A DNA stretch of 64,000 nucleotides, taken from NCBI RefSeq assembly GCF_009914755.1, contig NC_060925.1. One strand, written 5' to 3'. This DNA is from the human T2T-CHM13v2.0 reference genome, Homo sapiens. The translations under genes were made by a program, and so were the position numbers. The notes below the pieces were generated by a model. The model was given only the letters and a program-made list of their open reading frames with translations, was not told where the DNA came from and did no database searches. Position 1 is the first letter of the stretch. Each line of letters opens with the position of its first letter. This document shows positions 28,660 through 42,962 of this stretch, one piece after another.

Positions 28660-29392
28660 TAGGCATCTTAACTATAGCCAGAATACCATTCCTAGTTTTT
28701 CCACTCACTGCAGCCTACTACTCCACCAGTCCAAAGTCTAGAAATCATCTCTGTCCCTTTCTTTTCATGTCCACAACCATTCAATCTCTCAGCAAATCTT
28801 GTAGCACTACTTCAAGTATATATCGTGAATCTATTTGTTGCCATAACCACAGCTTCTTGCAACTGGAATCAATCATGGTCTCTCACTTGCCTCACTGCAA
28901 TACTTTCTTTATTCACTCTTGACCCTCCTAAATTAATTATCTACACGACAGCTAAGATGATTATTTAAAAATATTAATTAGATCATAATTTGCCACTGCA
29001 TAAGACCAACAATGTCTTGCCTCACTTTGCAAAAATGGGAACACTTTCTACAAAGTACTGCATGATCTGGTCCTGCCTCGTTGGCCTTCCTTCAGTATGT
29101 CAAGCTTATTTCTGCCTTAGGAGCTTTGCTCTGTCTTTCTGCAATGCCTTTCTCCATACTTTCCCATAGCTGGATGAATCTTCTCATTCAGTTCTCAGCT
29201 TAAACATCACTGCTCTAGAGACGACTCCCCAGCCAGACAAGGTATCCTCCCAGTCACTATCACACAGTCTAATTTAAATTCTAAGTTAATGTAAAGTACT
29301 TACCACTATCTGACATTTTTCTTATATATCTGTTTCTTACTAATGTGCCTGGTACCCATCAGACACTCAGTAACTATTTGCTGAATGAATAG
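28660..29392 (+). mobile_element. L2
   Basis: L2 body ending gtgcctggtacccatcagacactcagtaactatttgctgaatgaat. Confidence 0.75.
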
Positions 29393-29964
29393 AAATTATG
29401 ACCACTACATAATACACTGTTTGATAATATGAACCTTATGACTGAGTTTCTCAGCAGATATTAGTTATTGACAGCTTCAAAGCCAATCTCTCCTTGATAT
29501 ATTTAACTTTTCTTAAATAATATACAGTTTTAAAATTTAAATAACTTGCAACATTCATAAACATTTATACAAAGTATGATTAGTGCTTATTTGTAAGGAA
29601 ATACTCTAATTTTAATACTTTAATACATGGAACACACTTGAGAAATATAGAAATGCTTCCTACCCAGGATGCCTTAATTAGGCAGACTTATTTAAACGTG
29701 CTTATTTTTAAATTTGGCAAGGTTCACAAACATTAATTTTGTTACATTGCTGATACTAATAATAGTATACATATCTTAAATAAAGGTATTATGTCATTTT
29801 CCCGTAAGACTTTGAAGAAATAGAACTCCTAAGCATGAGTGAAATCCCCCTTACTTGCCTACAGATTTTTCTCCACTATGAATCGCTCCCAATTCAGATT
29901 TCAAAATTCAGTATTTAATAACTTCATTACACATATTATTTAAGCTATCTTTAAGTATGTGGGT

Positions 29965-30680
29965 TTTTAAAAACATTATTATGGTATAATTTACATAGCA
30001 TAAAACTCGCCCACTATACGTGTGCAAGGCAATATTTTTGTAAATTTATAGAGTTGTGCAGCATCACCACAACCTGGTTTTACGATATTCCAATTACCCA
30101 AAAGTTTTCTTGCATCCTTTAGCAGCCACTGTTCACCACCTCCCCAAGCTTCAAGAAACTACTGATTCGTTGTCCTCATAATTTTGTCACATCCAATCAT
30201 TTCATAAAAATGGAATTTTATAATAACAAATATTAGTATTTTGTGTCTTTTTATCTTCATTTAGCATGTTTTTATACATGTCAAAATATTCTGTGCTATT
30301 ATGGTGTCAGTCTATTTTATTGCTGAATAATATCTCATTGTATGGATGTACCACCACATTTTGTTTACCATTCATCAACCTGCTAGGGATTTAGACTGTG
30401 TCCAGTTTTGGGGTATTAGAAACAATGCTGCTATGACCATCTGTATGCAAGTCTTTTTTTCTGGATATATATATTTATTTGTCTGAGATAGATGATGTGG
30501 AGTGGAATTTCCGGATTGTATGGTACATTTTTGTAACATTATAAGAAACTGCCAAACTGTTTTCCAAAGCAGTTGCACCGTTTTATATTCCAACAAGCAA
30601 TGTGTGAGGATTCCAGTTTCTCCACATCCTCACCGTCATTAAGTATTATCTGTCTTTTGATACTAGCCATTTTAGTGGGC
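29965..30680 (-). mobile_element. L1ME/MB-type 3' end
   Basis: ggtataatttacatagcataaaactcgcccac...aagaaactgccaaactgttttccaaag. Confidence 0.82.
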
Positions 30681-30806
30681 AGAAATGTCAACATAGTGTA
30701 CCGGTTAAAATAACAGATTCTGGGCCAAATTGTGTAAATTCATATCACAACTTGCCATCCTGTAACTTAACATTCCTGTCTATAGAATGAGGACAGTAAT
30801 AACACC

Positions 30807-31159
30807 TGTCTTAGCCTGTTTGAACATGCTATAACAAAAATGCCATAGACTGGGTAGCTTCAATAACAAACATTCATTTCTCACAGTTTTGGAGGCTAGG
30901 AAGACCAAGATCAAGGTGTCTGGTGAAGACTTGCTTCCAGGTTAATAGATGGCCATCTTTTTGCTGTTTTCAAGTGGCAGAAAGAATAGGGGCTCTCTGG
31001 AGTCTCTTGAATAAAAGCACCAATCTCATTTATAAGGGCACCACCCTCTGACCTATCAAACCTTTGACTTACCAAAGGCCTATCTCTTAATACTACCAGA
31101 TTGGGGTTAGTATTCCAACATATACATTTTGGGGGGACACAAACATTCAATCTATAACA
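30807..31159 (-). mobile_element. MLT1A-like solo LTR inserted in a MIR
   Basis: tgtcttagcctgtttg...gctataacaaaaatgccatagactgggtagctt...ggggacacaaacattcaatctataaca. Confidence 0.85.
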
Positions 31160-32429
31160 ATAACTATCTCACAGGATTACTGGAGGTATAAATAAATTAT
31201 TACAACTTTTAGCTTACAAAAGGTGTGTCTCATAGTAAATTTCACATACAAGTTAACCATGATAATTTTTTTATTATCATAATTTGCAAAGTGACAACAT
31301 ACTTAACCTGGCTGTGGATTATAGTTAGGCTTTGGGAAGCTGTTTATGTTCTCTTAATGATCGCTTCCTTACATGATGTCAGCTTAAGATAGTTAAGATG
31401 GTTATCACAATGTCCAGGCACTAGAATGCTAGGTACTGTGAAAATCAAATCACAGATTTTAAATGACAATTAGAATGGTTAAAACTTCTAAATGGTCAGA
31501 TTGACCTGCCAGACTACTTCAGTCAAATACGGGACTTTGAATGAATGATTGAACCAGTGGTTTATTTTACTAATAAAATGTACCTGTCCATGGGGATAAA
31601 AAAGGAAACTGCTGTAGGTAAGCTGTTTTCCTTTACAAAATTGTCAATTGTTTGACCATAAGGACCTTCGTCCTCTGTTTTCTTTATCCCATTTATTTGT
31701 TTCCTTGTCTTCTTCCTCCTTCACTTGACTACGTGGGTGATTAATGGATCACTGCTGCTTTGACCAAGGAATAAATGGAGAAACGGCAAAAGGATGATAT
31801 TCCCCCTCTCGAGTTACTAAAATGCCCATTTTAGACACTTTTCTAGAAAGGCACATGTGCCGTCTGCTTGTCAAATCCCTTTCTGATTAATAGCTTTAGA
31901 AGATGTTTTGCATGCATGCTTGCCAGTTTTTAAAGCACATTACTGAAAGCATTTCAGAGCACTTCTCCTGGGTTTCCAGCAACAAGCAGGGATCACTTCT
32001 CCATGCTTAGGTCACTGCTGTACTAATTTCTCCAGGTTCCAGCAAGCCTTGGGGGTACCAATAGAATTCCCTAACAGCAGCCAAATTTTACTTGAGACCA
32101 TCCAACTTAGCCTTCTGTATTGCATCCTGGGAGTGACTTGATTTAGGTTATGATATGGTAAAACTATTATAAAATTGCACACTATTTTCACTCACCTGTG
32201 TACCACTCATAGTCATATGAATATAAGATTCAACTATTTATGGATTGTCAAGGTTTTCTCCATTTCTGAAAGTCTCTGTTTCTATGAAAATAGCATGGAT
32301 AGATTCTATCTAGTTTTAAAAAGAAGTAGGCCAATGAATAAAAGATATATGAAGGCACATCCTCCAAAATAAGGCAGAAATTGTGTATAACTTTATGAAT
32401 ATTCAACCACGTTGGATAATCACAAGTGT

Positions 32430-32875
32430 AGAAGAGAGTAATATAGTGGATTAAGTGCCATACTGGGCCAAACCACAGGGTGTTGAAGAAGCTTTCACCA
32501 GGTGATAAAATCCAGAAGGACTGGGTAGTGGACTCTCCAGAAGGATGAACTTCAACCAATGCATGACAGAAGGCAGAAGGGAATAGAAGATACATTTCCT
32601 CTCCATTTTTTCCTGTGATGGATTACCCCAAGGCATTGCTTTCTAGCTAGTCTATCTGGAGTTGTTCCACATGGCCAGTTGGCTGTCTTGTCTCACTGAA
32701 GCTTGTGAAGCAGTGGCTAACTCAGTAATGCATTACCTTGTATTCAAGTCTCATCTTTCTCTGTCTCATTTCCATCTTCTTTTACTCTTGCTACCCTAGA
32801 ATTTTATCTCCCAACAAAACATTAACACTTGACCCTTTCCTTGGGTTCTGCTTTCTACCACCCTGAGCTAAGATA
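32430..32875 (+). mobile_element. Old ERVL LTR (LTR16-like)
   Basis: 3' end ccttgggttctgctttctaccaccctgagctaagata resembles LTR16 termini. Confidence 0.45.
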
Positions 32876-32979
32876 CATACTAGTCAAAAGCTAGAATAGA
32901 GGGCTGTACATTTTATTTTAAAATTTGGCATAAATGCATAAAACTACTAGCAGACTGGATGATGATGATGGCTGATGAT

Positions 32980-33200
32980 GATAATTAATAGCTTGCATCT
33001 GTGGTACACATACTTTGCTTCAGATACTGTATGAGGTGCTTTGCATATGGTTGTGAATCCTCACAACCATACTACGAGGTAGGTAGTATTATTATCTCCA
33101 CTTTACAGATAACAAAATTGAAGTATAAAATGTTCACACGTCTAGTAAGCCCAAGGTCATATAGCTAATGAGCAACAGAGCTGGGATTTCAACCCAAACA
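32980..33200 (-). mobile_element. MIR
   Basis: gaggtaggtagtattattatctccactttacagat...cccaaggtcatatagcta. Confidence 0.8.
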
Positions 33201-34424
33201 ATTTGATGCATTTTCATTTGGGTTGAAGCATTCATGAATAAGGTGGAGTTCTCAGTGACTTCCTGTTCTTATTTGGTGATTCTGAGACTGATATCACTAC
33301 CTGTCCAGTAGCTTCTGGAAAAGGTCATCTGAGTCCTTGCCATATTATTTATGATTACAATAGCGTCTCTAGAGAGCCGAAGTCCACTTTCTTTCAAGAA
33401 TGTATGGTTGTTGAGGCATCTGATTCTCTACCTCCCAGGCTATTCAAATTGTATGTTCAAAAGGAGGCAATGAAAAACACACACTTAGTTCAACTAAAAT
33501 CTCTCATACCTTTCCTTGTAGTAGAGGTTTATGAAAGGTCTACGTTATTTTATATTTAACTGAGGGCACTTGTAGTTTCATCCTTGAATCATTTTTACCC
33601 ACCATCACATAGTGCATACCACATTCCTCCTGCGCACAAACAGGCACGCCCATGCTTAGGCCCATGACACTCCATCACGTGACTGGCGCTAAAATATAAA
33701 CGTTCCCATTTTGTGTGGTATAAGATACTTGTGACTGAAAGTGACCTAAGCATTCTTTTTGCCTTTCTGTTGCTCTATTTAAAATAATGACTACAGACTC
33801 TCTTTCAACAAAGGGTCATTTGTGTCAATGGACAGAAGAGAGGATCAGATCACCTGCGGTAATTGCAAATTAATGTTCTCCTGGTAATGCACTAACTACA
33901 CACTATTGATCTACAATTGAATACTAGAGGCTACTGATAAGTGATTTTTACTTTCCTGCTTTTTTGTGTGTGCTTTTATTGCTTTTTCCATAATGCATTT
34001 TTCTTTCAACTGGAATTTTCTCTAATTGTCTCCATTTTTAATTTCCCACAGTGAGATGACTTCTAACTTGTAATTAGAATCTGTAAAAATTCATGTCTCT
34101 GTCTCAAAAGCCTTTTAGAAATCTACTGAACTGTAACTTTGATGCCATAAACCACATATATGATGCACAGATACATAGTTTGAGAGAGCCAAGCTTTCGA
34201 ATGTTTTTTTTTATTAATACTCAGATAAAACAGAAATCCATTTGGCCCTCTATCCAAAATAGCAATTTGTTGAGTAGTCTGCAGTAAAACATTCAAAAGT
34301 TTCCCCTAAAAGCATTTTACTTGGAGAACATTGATGACGTGTTTTTCTTTCCAAGAGCAAACTTTTAAAATATGAGTAAACAGTTTATTACAAGATAATT
34401 TTTATTTTTAAGTGTGTGAGAGAA

Positions 34425-34722
<298 letters not shown>

Positions 34723-34812
34723 AAGTGTTTGGGAAGAGGATGCAGATTTCCAATTGAGTAAATATTTATACACATCTTCACAGCATACTTTTGACAATGT
34801 TAAATTTTCTCA

Positions 34813-35169
<357 letters not shown>

Positions 35170-35799
35170 CTATCTGGTGGAAATTAACACACGTTTGTAT
35201 TTCAGTGTTGTACTTGATCATGCTCCCTGTTTAGACAGAGGTCATTCATCCTAAATCTGGTTTCTGAACTGTGGTCTAGAAATCACCTGAAATGGAGAGA
35301 TAGTCTGACAGTAATTTCCTTCACTACTATTTGTAAACTTTAAGCTTATCATTGATTTTCTGTATTTCTAAATAAGAGACATAGTTGTGATTTCTAAGTG
35401 TTTTCAGGCCTGTAAGAACTTTGATATTTTACTGTAATTTCTTTTACAATCATTATTTTCAGCTAGTCACAATTAAATACCATCAAAATAAATGTGTGCC
35501 CAAATTGTTTGCTTATTTTTTATTCCTAAGTCATGATTATCTGTACCAAAAAAAAAAAAAAGTAATAACTGTCAACCGCATGGCTAGAATTATATAAGTC
35601 TGGTACTCTTTCTTTTATCAGTTTATAACTAGAGACAGATACAATTACAGTTGATATTCATTTTACAAGCAGTCTTAGGGCTGGACCAGAGTGCTGATGG
35701 CTCCCTGATGTGCCAATCATTGTTGGATAATGAAAAGCGGGGCAACACCAGGGTGGCTGGAGCAGGAGGGAGATACTCGGAGGACTGAGACTCTGAATT

Positions 35800-35990
35800 G
35801 TGATACTCGCTTTATCATATTAAATATCATTTCTGTCTTATTACAATCCAATGAGATAGGTACTATAACTTCCATTTTATAGATAAATAAACCAAGGTTT
35901 ATAGAGGTTAAATAATTAGCCCAAATTTATCCAGCTAGTAAATGTTGAGCAAAGTATTATAAAACTTCAAAGCTCCTTCTCTTAACTACC
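35800..35990 (-). mobile_element. MIR
   Basis: ccattttatagataaataaaccaaggtttatagaggttaaataattagccc. Confidence 0.7.
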
Positions 35991-37974
35991 ATAGTATACA
36001 TGACAACAGAACCACATCTGTATACATAATGATAGCACACAAATACTGTAAAGAATCTTCAAGCTTAGGATGAACTGAGATTTTTGAAAAATGTTAAAAC
36101 TAACAACAGGGTTACATTACAATATACATTAAAAGTCCAGAGTTCACTATGAATCCATGTAACAAAACTGCACTTGTAATCCTTAAATTTACACAAAGAA
36201 AAAAATGAATGCATTAAGAATGAGGAAACTGAATGTACTGATTTATGAAGAAAAAACAAAAAATGACCAAAAACATACTTGGTATTAGGTATATACAGGT
36301 ATAAGGTAGAGCAATTCAGCTTTAATTTCATCTCACTAATAAGAGCTACCCACCCGCCTTTATACAGAGGTTCTCAGAGCTTGGTTATATTTTTGGTCTA
36401 GAGCTGGAGTCATTCCCGTCTAGCTACTGTCTAACATTGTCTTCCTCCCTTTTCCTCTTTTCTGTTCTGCCTCAGCCTTTAGACATCCTAGATCAAACCC
36501 AAAAAGTCAATAAATAAATCCTCAAATTTTCTAATCTTGGACGATGGTTAGGAATGGGACCTTTTCAAATCTACTCCATAAGCAATAAACTCAGAAGAAA
36601 TCAGAAGTACATCAACACAAGGAAAAAAGGAAAACAAGAATAAAATAATGATATGCCAAATCAAAAGTGATGAGTGGGCTTTCTGAGAAGAAGATAACAT
36701 CAGAGGGTCTAGTTTGTTGTGAACACATTGAAAATATGGTGACCAAACATGAGACTAATTGTAAATAGGCCTATATAAACATGAGTGTAGGTGTTAGGAG
36801 GATAAGAGATTTTAAAGTTTGGTTTGTTAGTACTGCAAAGAGAAATTGCCTTTTGAAAAGGCAAAGGTGCCTAAAAAATTAAAGGTACCAGTCTGAAAAA
36901 AGCCCAGAAAAATCTAAATTTGTTTTGAACCCTTTAGAAGAAAGATAGTAATCATCAGGTAGAGAGAGAAGTCCTTTAAAAAGGAGAGTGGCCATAACCC
37001 ATGAGTTTCATTTTATAATAAGCTTATAATTCAGTGTTATTTAGAAAATGTAATGAAGAAAAGTTATAAAGAATTGGGACAGTACACACAAAGCAAAACA
37101 GTGGGGTACAAAACTGAATGTCATGAATGGAAACTCTTAGAGAGGTAGATGCTTTTGAGGGACCAACTGTGAAATGTATTTTTGTGGTCTGTATTTTCAT
37201 TTTTTGTTGCAAGATAAATAGAGTGGCAAAATCTATTCTCATCTGAACCCTTGGGAAAATTTTTAAATATATTAAGCACATGATAGAACTGAATGATTCT
37301 GGAAAGAGATGTGTGTTAGTCTGATTTTTGCATTAATATTTAATAATGTTTTCCCTTGTATAGAAAGTTAATGATGATGTCCTACCATTAACAGAACATG
37401 TGCTTTGGAGACACGTTTCCTCTAGAAGTGATGAATTTGAGTTGATAAAGGCACATTTTTGGGGCCTGTCACCCTTGAGAGTAGTAAAAATTATTTATAA
37501 GCAGCTAACCAAGGGTGAAGGAGGCAAAAAGTAGCCCTAGAAGAGAGGAGAATTAAAATTATGAAGGATAAAAACCATTATTTAAAAATGAACAAGATGC
37601 CATGGAAGTACAAAGTAGAAAAGGCCTACTGAGCATTCACTCCAGGATCTGAGGAAAGCGACAGCTGGTGTGGTGTTGGCCTGTGAAAATGTAAAGACCT
37701 TGCCACTCTTTGGAGACACTTCACTCCTCAAGTGCAGAATAACATCTAAAATCGTTATCATGACCTGAAGTACTCCACAAGATTCATCTCTGCCTATGTC
37801 TTTCTCTTCATTTCCTATCATTCTCACCTCTGTTCAGTACGTCTTGCCATGCCTGAAATAGGCCATATTTGCTCACTTGTATAACTACGCCTTGATATTT
37901 ATACTGTTGCTCTTTCTCTGGCCAGGAGGACACTCTTCTCTCGGGGTCTCTGAATGGCTCAATTATTTTATCAT

Positions 37975-38385
37975 TGCTATGGTTTGAATGTCCCCTCCAA
38001 AACTCATGTTGAAACTCAATCTCCAATGTGGCAGTATTGAGAGGTGGGGTCTGTAAGAGGTGATTGGATCATGACAGCTCTGCCCTTATGAATGGATTAT
38101 TCCATTCACAGATTAATGCACTATCATGGGAGTGGGATTCATGGCTTTATACGAAGAGAAAGAAAGACCTGAACTAGCGCATTAGCAAGCACAGGCCCCT
38201 CATCATGTGATGTCCTGCCCCACCTCAGGACTCTCCAGAGAGTCTCTGCCAGCAAGAAAACTCACACCAGATGCAGCCCCTCAACCTTGGACCTCTCAGC
38301 ATCCATAACTGTAAGAAATACATTCCCTTTCTTTAAAAATTGCCCAGCTTTGAGTATTCTAAGTAACAGAAAATGGACTAAGACA
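37975..38385 (+). mobile_element. MST-type (MSTC/D-like) solo LTR inside L2
   Basis: tgctatggtttgaatgtcccctccaaaactcatgttgaaac...gaaaatggactaagaca. Confidence 0.88.
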
Positions 38386-41298
38386 TCACTCCTGTGAGGG
38401 AGCTTCTAGCATGCAAGCTTCCTGAGGGCAGGTCTCAGGTGTCTGAGAATATCCTTGTATCCTTGATGCTTGAGCTCTGCCTGGGATATAGTGGGGCTCA
38501 TTCAGTGATAAAGATGCCATTTTATGATAGTTCATTGAGGACATTATTTTCATTTTCCTAGATACCACATTTCAAATGTAACTAAGATAAACTTTTTAAA
38601 AGAAGCTATACTGTTTATCTTACTGTCAATTATATCCCTCTATGGTTTTTCCACAAAATCTTCTCTTTGCCATGGTTGTCTCCACTTCAGATGTATACTT
38701 AAGTTTTTGTACCCAAGAATAGAACCTTACTTTTGTCACTAATTAACTGTGTCTTCTCATATTAGATCAATCACACATGCATCTTCTGATTTTTCTGAGT
38801 CTACTTTGTGATTTACTCTTTACCCCAAGTTTACTCCAAATTTCATGTTATCCAAAAATGTGATCAAATGGATTTCTGTGCTTCCCCCAAGTAGAGCCCA
38901 GGAGCCCCAGAGTAGCCAGTCTTCTAGAAATCTCAAAGTTTTCTTTACTCAGCACGTGGAAAGAATGTTCAGAATTCAAAATAATTTTGGAAACTGAAGA
39001 AGTCAGGGATAAATTACTTAATAAAGACAAAAACAAATATCTCACTTATAAAATTATATGATTGGGTATAAACAAACTACTCACAGATAGAGCTCAAGAA
39101 CTAAGAAGAATCAGCAATTAATAAGTGAAAGAGCAAGCTTTCACACGTTTATTATTTTGAATTCCTCTTTCATTTTGCTAGCACATTTCTTGAGTACAGT
39201 AACAGGGAGGGTGGGGGATGCAGAGACAAATTATAGAATAGAAATCAGGTAACATGGTTCCTAGTCCTACTGGAAAGTCAACTGATAAAATGAACCCAAG
39301 GAAATTACAAACTGTGAATATGCAAATCTATAAATGGGGTTAAAAATGCTTATTGATATACCCACAGCTTCATAAGAATTATATAAATTAACATATGGAA
39401 AAGGCTTTTTGAAAAAATAGAAGATAATATTCAATAGATCATTAATACTCTTTATAATATATTTTGCTATGGTCTAAGAGCTCTCTAAATTCCCAGTACA
39501 GTCCAGGTTTTCTAGATCTCTAACTTAGTACCAAAGTCTATAAAACATTGAAAAAATTTTAAAACAAATATCAAAGTGTATACATCAAAATGAAGTGGTC
39601 TTTTCAAAATAATCACCTGGGAAGATGTTCGCACTACTCAGAACAATTTTGGAACATTTCTCTGTAAACTGGTAATTAAAATCAATTTATGAACTAACAG
39701 AAAAAAGACTCATGACTTTGGATACCTAATTCACTCAACAACCAACTTTGTTCATTCATCTTGGCTCTCTTTAGCTTTTTAAAATGGGAATGAAATCCAT
39801 TCCCAATATATAAAGAGTAGTTACTACATTACCTCCCCAAATAACTATTTCTAATAGTCATTTGGATGAACAAGACACAGTTATTAAAAAATCAGTTACC
39901 CATCCAATCACAACTCATTTCAAGTGACACTGATAAACCAGAAATAGAGGAAAGGAACAAAGATATACAATGTTTAGAAAGTAATATGTGAAATAAGAAT
40001 ATCTAAACAACTGAGATTTTCTTTCAAAATGAAGAATAAAAATAGTAGTTTAAGACTTTGGTCAAGCATATGAAGACTCTTTGAAAAAGAAGTCAGACCG
40101 TTAATTAGTCACATCTCTGCATACAATTCAAATAGGAACGGACAGTAGAAAGGATTTGTCAGGGACAAGAAAAAATTTAGGCAAGGACATTTATATAAGG
40201 TGAGGAATTTTCTGTAGCTATACGCCTGCAAACATCTTAGCTAACTCATGATTATTCTCTAACTTGAAATAGTCATTGTGCAATGCTATTATTTTTTTCT
40301 ATAGTAAAACTGTCTTTCAAAAATATTAGCTTGAGTTTCAATTAATTTCTCTTGAATCTAGATGTTAATCTTTCTATCAAGTGGAGAATGTGTAGTCACT
40401 CAAAGACGTAATAAGTTTCCATTTAATTTATTCTCTTTGCTTATAAACAACATTTGTTGCACTAGAATCAAGATGCTTTTTAAATATGAAAACCTCTTGA
40501 AAATAACCTTTCATTAAAGTAATTTAAAATAATGTGATAACTGACACAGCAATTAGAACATCATTGAATGGATAAACTAAAAGCATTTTTTTCTTATATA
40601 TTATTGTGAGAATATTGAGTTTCCATTTTTAAAAATATCTACTTACATATTATTCTTAAAGTTGTAAGTGAAACATTCATTAAAGCCAGGACACAAGAAA
40701 TTGCATAATGGAAAGAAAAAATATTTCTCTTTTAACCAGTTATGTGAAATAGTTCTGATTCCATTTAAAATAATTTTGAATGCTGTCAAGTATTTTTACT
40801 ACATTTGTTACCCTCTGGCCTGAAACTGAATGATGATGAAATAAAAAATTAGAAGTTATTGAATAAATATTTTCCACCTACCCAATGAAAATTTGTAATA
40901 TAGGGTGCAAAATTTTTATCACCTAAAGACACCCGTCAGTAAAGTTGAAGCAATGAAGCCTCTGTGTATATTATGACCAAGAGATAATATGGGTAATGCA
41001 TCCATCTGCACTCAAGTGGAAACAGTGTCATCGTGCTGCTTCAATTACTTCTTTTTCTCTAATTTTAATAAAATAATACATTTCCTGATCACATTAAAAA
41101 ATTCCATTTAGCTTGAACTAGCTCCATCAGAGCAGCTTTGATTATTGTTAAAAATTGATTTGGTTATCTGAGTTCAGCGAGTGGCCGTCATGTGACCATG
41201 ACTTTCCACAGCAAATGCCCACTATGCTTCATCTTTCCGTTATATTTCAGGATTTTCTATTAACTTTAGTGACAAACCCACGCAGAAAAGATAGAATT

Positions 41299-41299
<1 letters not shown>

Positions 41300-41347
<48 letters not shown>

Positions 41348-41348
41348 T
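41300..41348. repeat. (CA)n microsatellite
   Basis: Direct reading. Confidence 0.95.
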
Positions 41349-42294
41349 CCATACAATCTCAATGAAGGCACAGGTCATAATTGTTTGTGAATTAACTGAT
41401 AAGTTTTGACTTTCTGAATCAAAGTCCTTAAGGTAATGAATTGTAATGGCAGTATCATTAAATTAAATTAAATTATAGAAACCTACAGTCATTCAGTGAA
41501 AAAAGTCATATAGTATGTATATTTTTTATCTATAGAGGAAGGTGAACATTTTATAATGAAACCTATCACTGAAAGCAACTGACTCAGTCTGAGCTTTGGT
41601 TGTAATACAAATCCCTAAATAGTTTTTCAACAGAAATTATAGTCTAGTACTTGAATACTAGAAAGAAGATACAGGACTCATTGGGAAGATAAGATCTGGG
41701 ACTAACAGTGAAATCAAAACTTAAAAAAGCCAATGTTAATTTATTAAAGTTCTCCCTTCAAACTGTTTTGAAGGTGAATTACTAGTTATTTATTTATTTT
41801 TCTCTTCATGAAGAAATAATTGGCAGTCAGAAGCAAACTTCTTTTTTTCAGAGTAGCCCTCAAAAAGATTTCAAGACCTCAAGAGTTTATGAATAATTTG
41901 AGAATATAATTTAACAGGAAGGTTTTTATAAATATCAGTACCTGAAATTTACTGATAATTTTCATCTGTCCTTTTCATATTTCTAATTTGCATATTCTAA
42001 CTAATGAAATCCTGTCAAATAAGATTAAAAAATCAGGGATTTCAAAGACACTGAAGTTCACTTAAATAAATTAGAAGTCAGTTGGGTTGACTGAAGAACT
42101 TATAAGAGCATTTACCCAGGAAGGCAAGCCTGTAATCGGTTTTGAATCTTATTTCTAGGCCACGGTGTTACATCTGGTTCTGTTGTAATAGTCATTTTCA
42201 CTCCAAAGTTGTACTAGGAAAATGATCTGGAGTACCCAGATTACTCTCTAGCTAATTCCTTAGTTTTTATATTCAGGATTCATTGAAGCATTTT

Positions 42295-42907
42295 ATCCAT
42301 TTTAAAATTATACAGATTTAAGTGTACTGCATGATGTTTTGTTATACATATACACACTCAAATGATCACTACAGTCAAGCCAATTAACACATCTCTCATT
42401 TTACACAGCAACATTTTTTTTCTGGTGGTAAGAGTGTCTAAAATCTACTCTCTTAGCAAATATCTAGTATAAAATACAATATTATTAACTAGATTACTTG
42501 TGCTGTGCTTTAGATCTCCAGACTTACTCATCTGACATGACTGCAATTTTGTATACTTGAACTGCATCTCTTTGTAACCTTCCTACTTCATGCACCCACA
42601 TATGATAACTACAGTTCTACTCTCTAAGTAGTCAACTTTTTTTTTTTTTAGATTCCACATATAAGAGAGATCATACAACATTTTCCTTTCTGTGTTTGGC
42701 TTATTTCATTTGGCATAGTATTCTCTAGGTTCATTTATTTTGACACAAATGGCAGGATCTTTTTTACAGCTGAACAAAACTCCATTGCGTATATATGCTG
42801 CAATTTCTTCATCATTCATCTATTGATAGACACTTAAGGTTGCTTCCATATCTTGGCTATTGTGAATAATACTGCACAGAATATGGGAGTACAGATCTAT
42901 CTAACTA

Positions 42908-42962
<55 letters not shown>

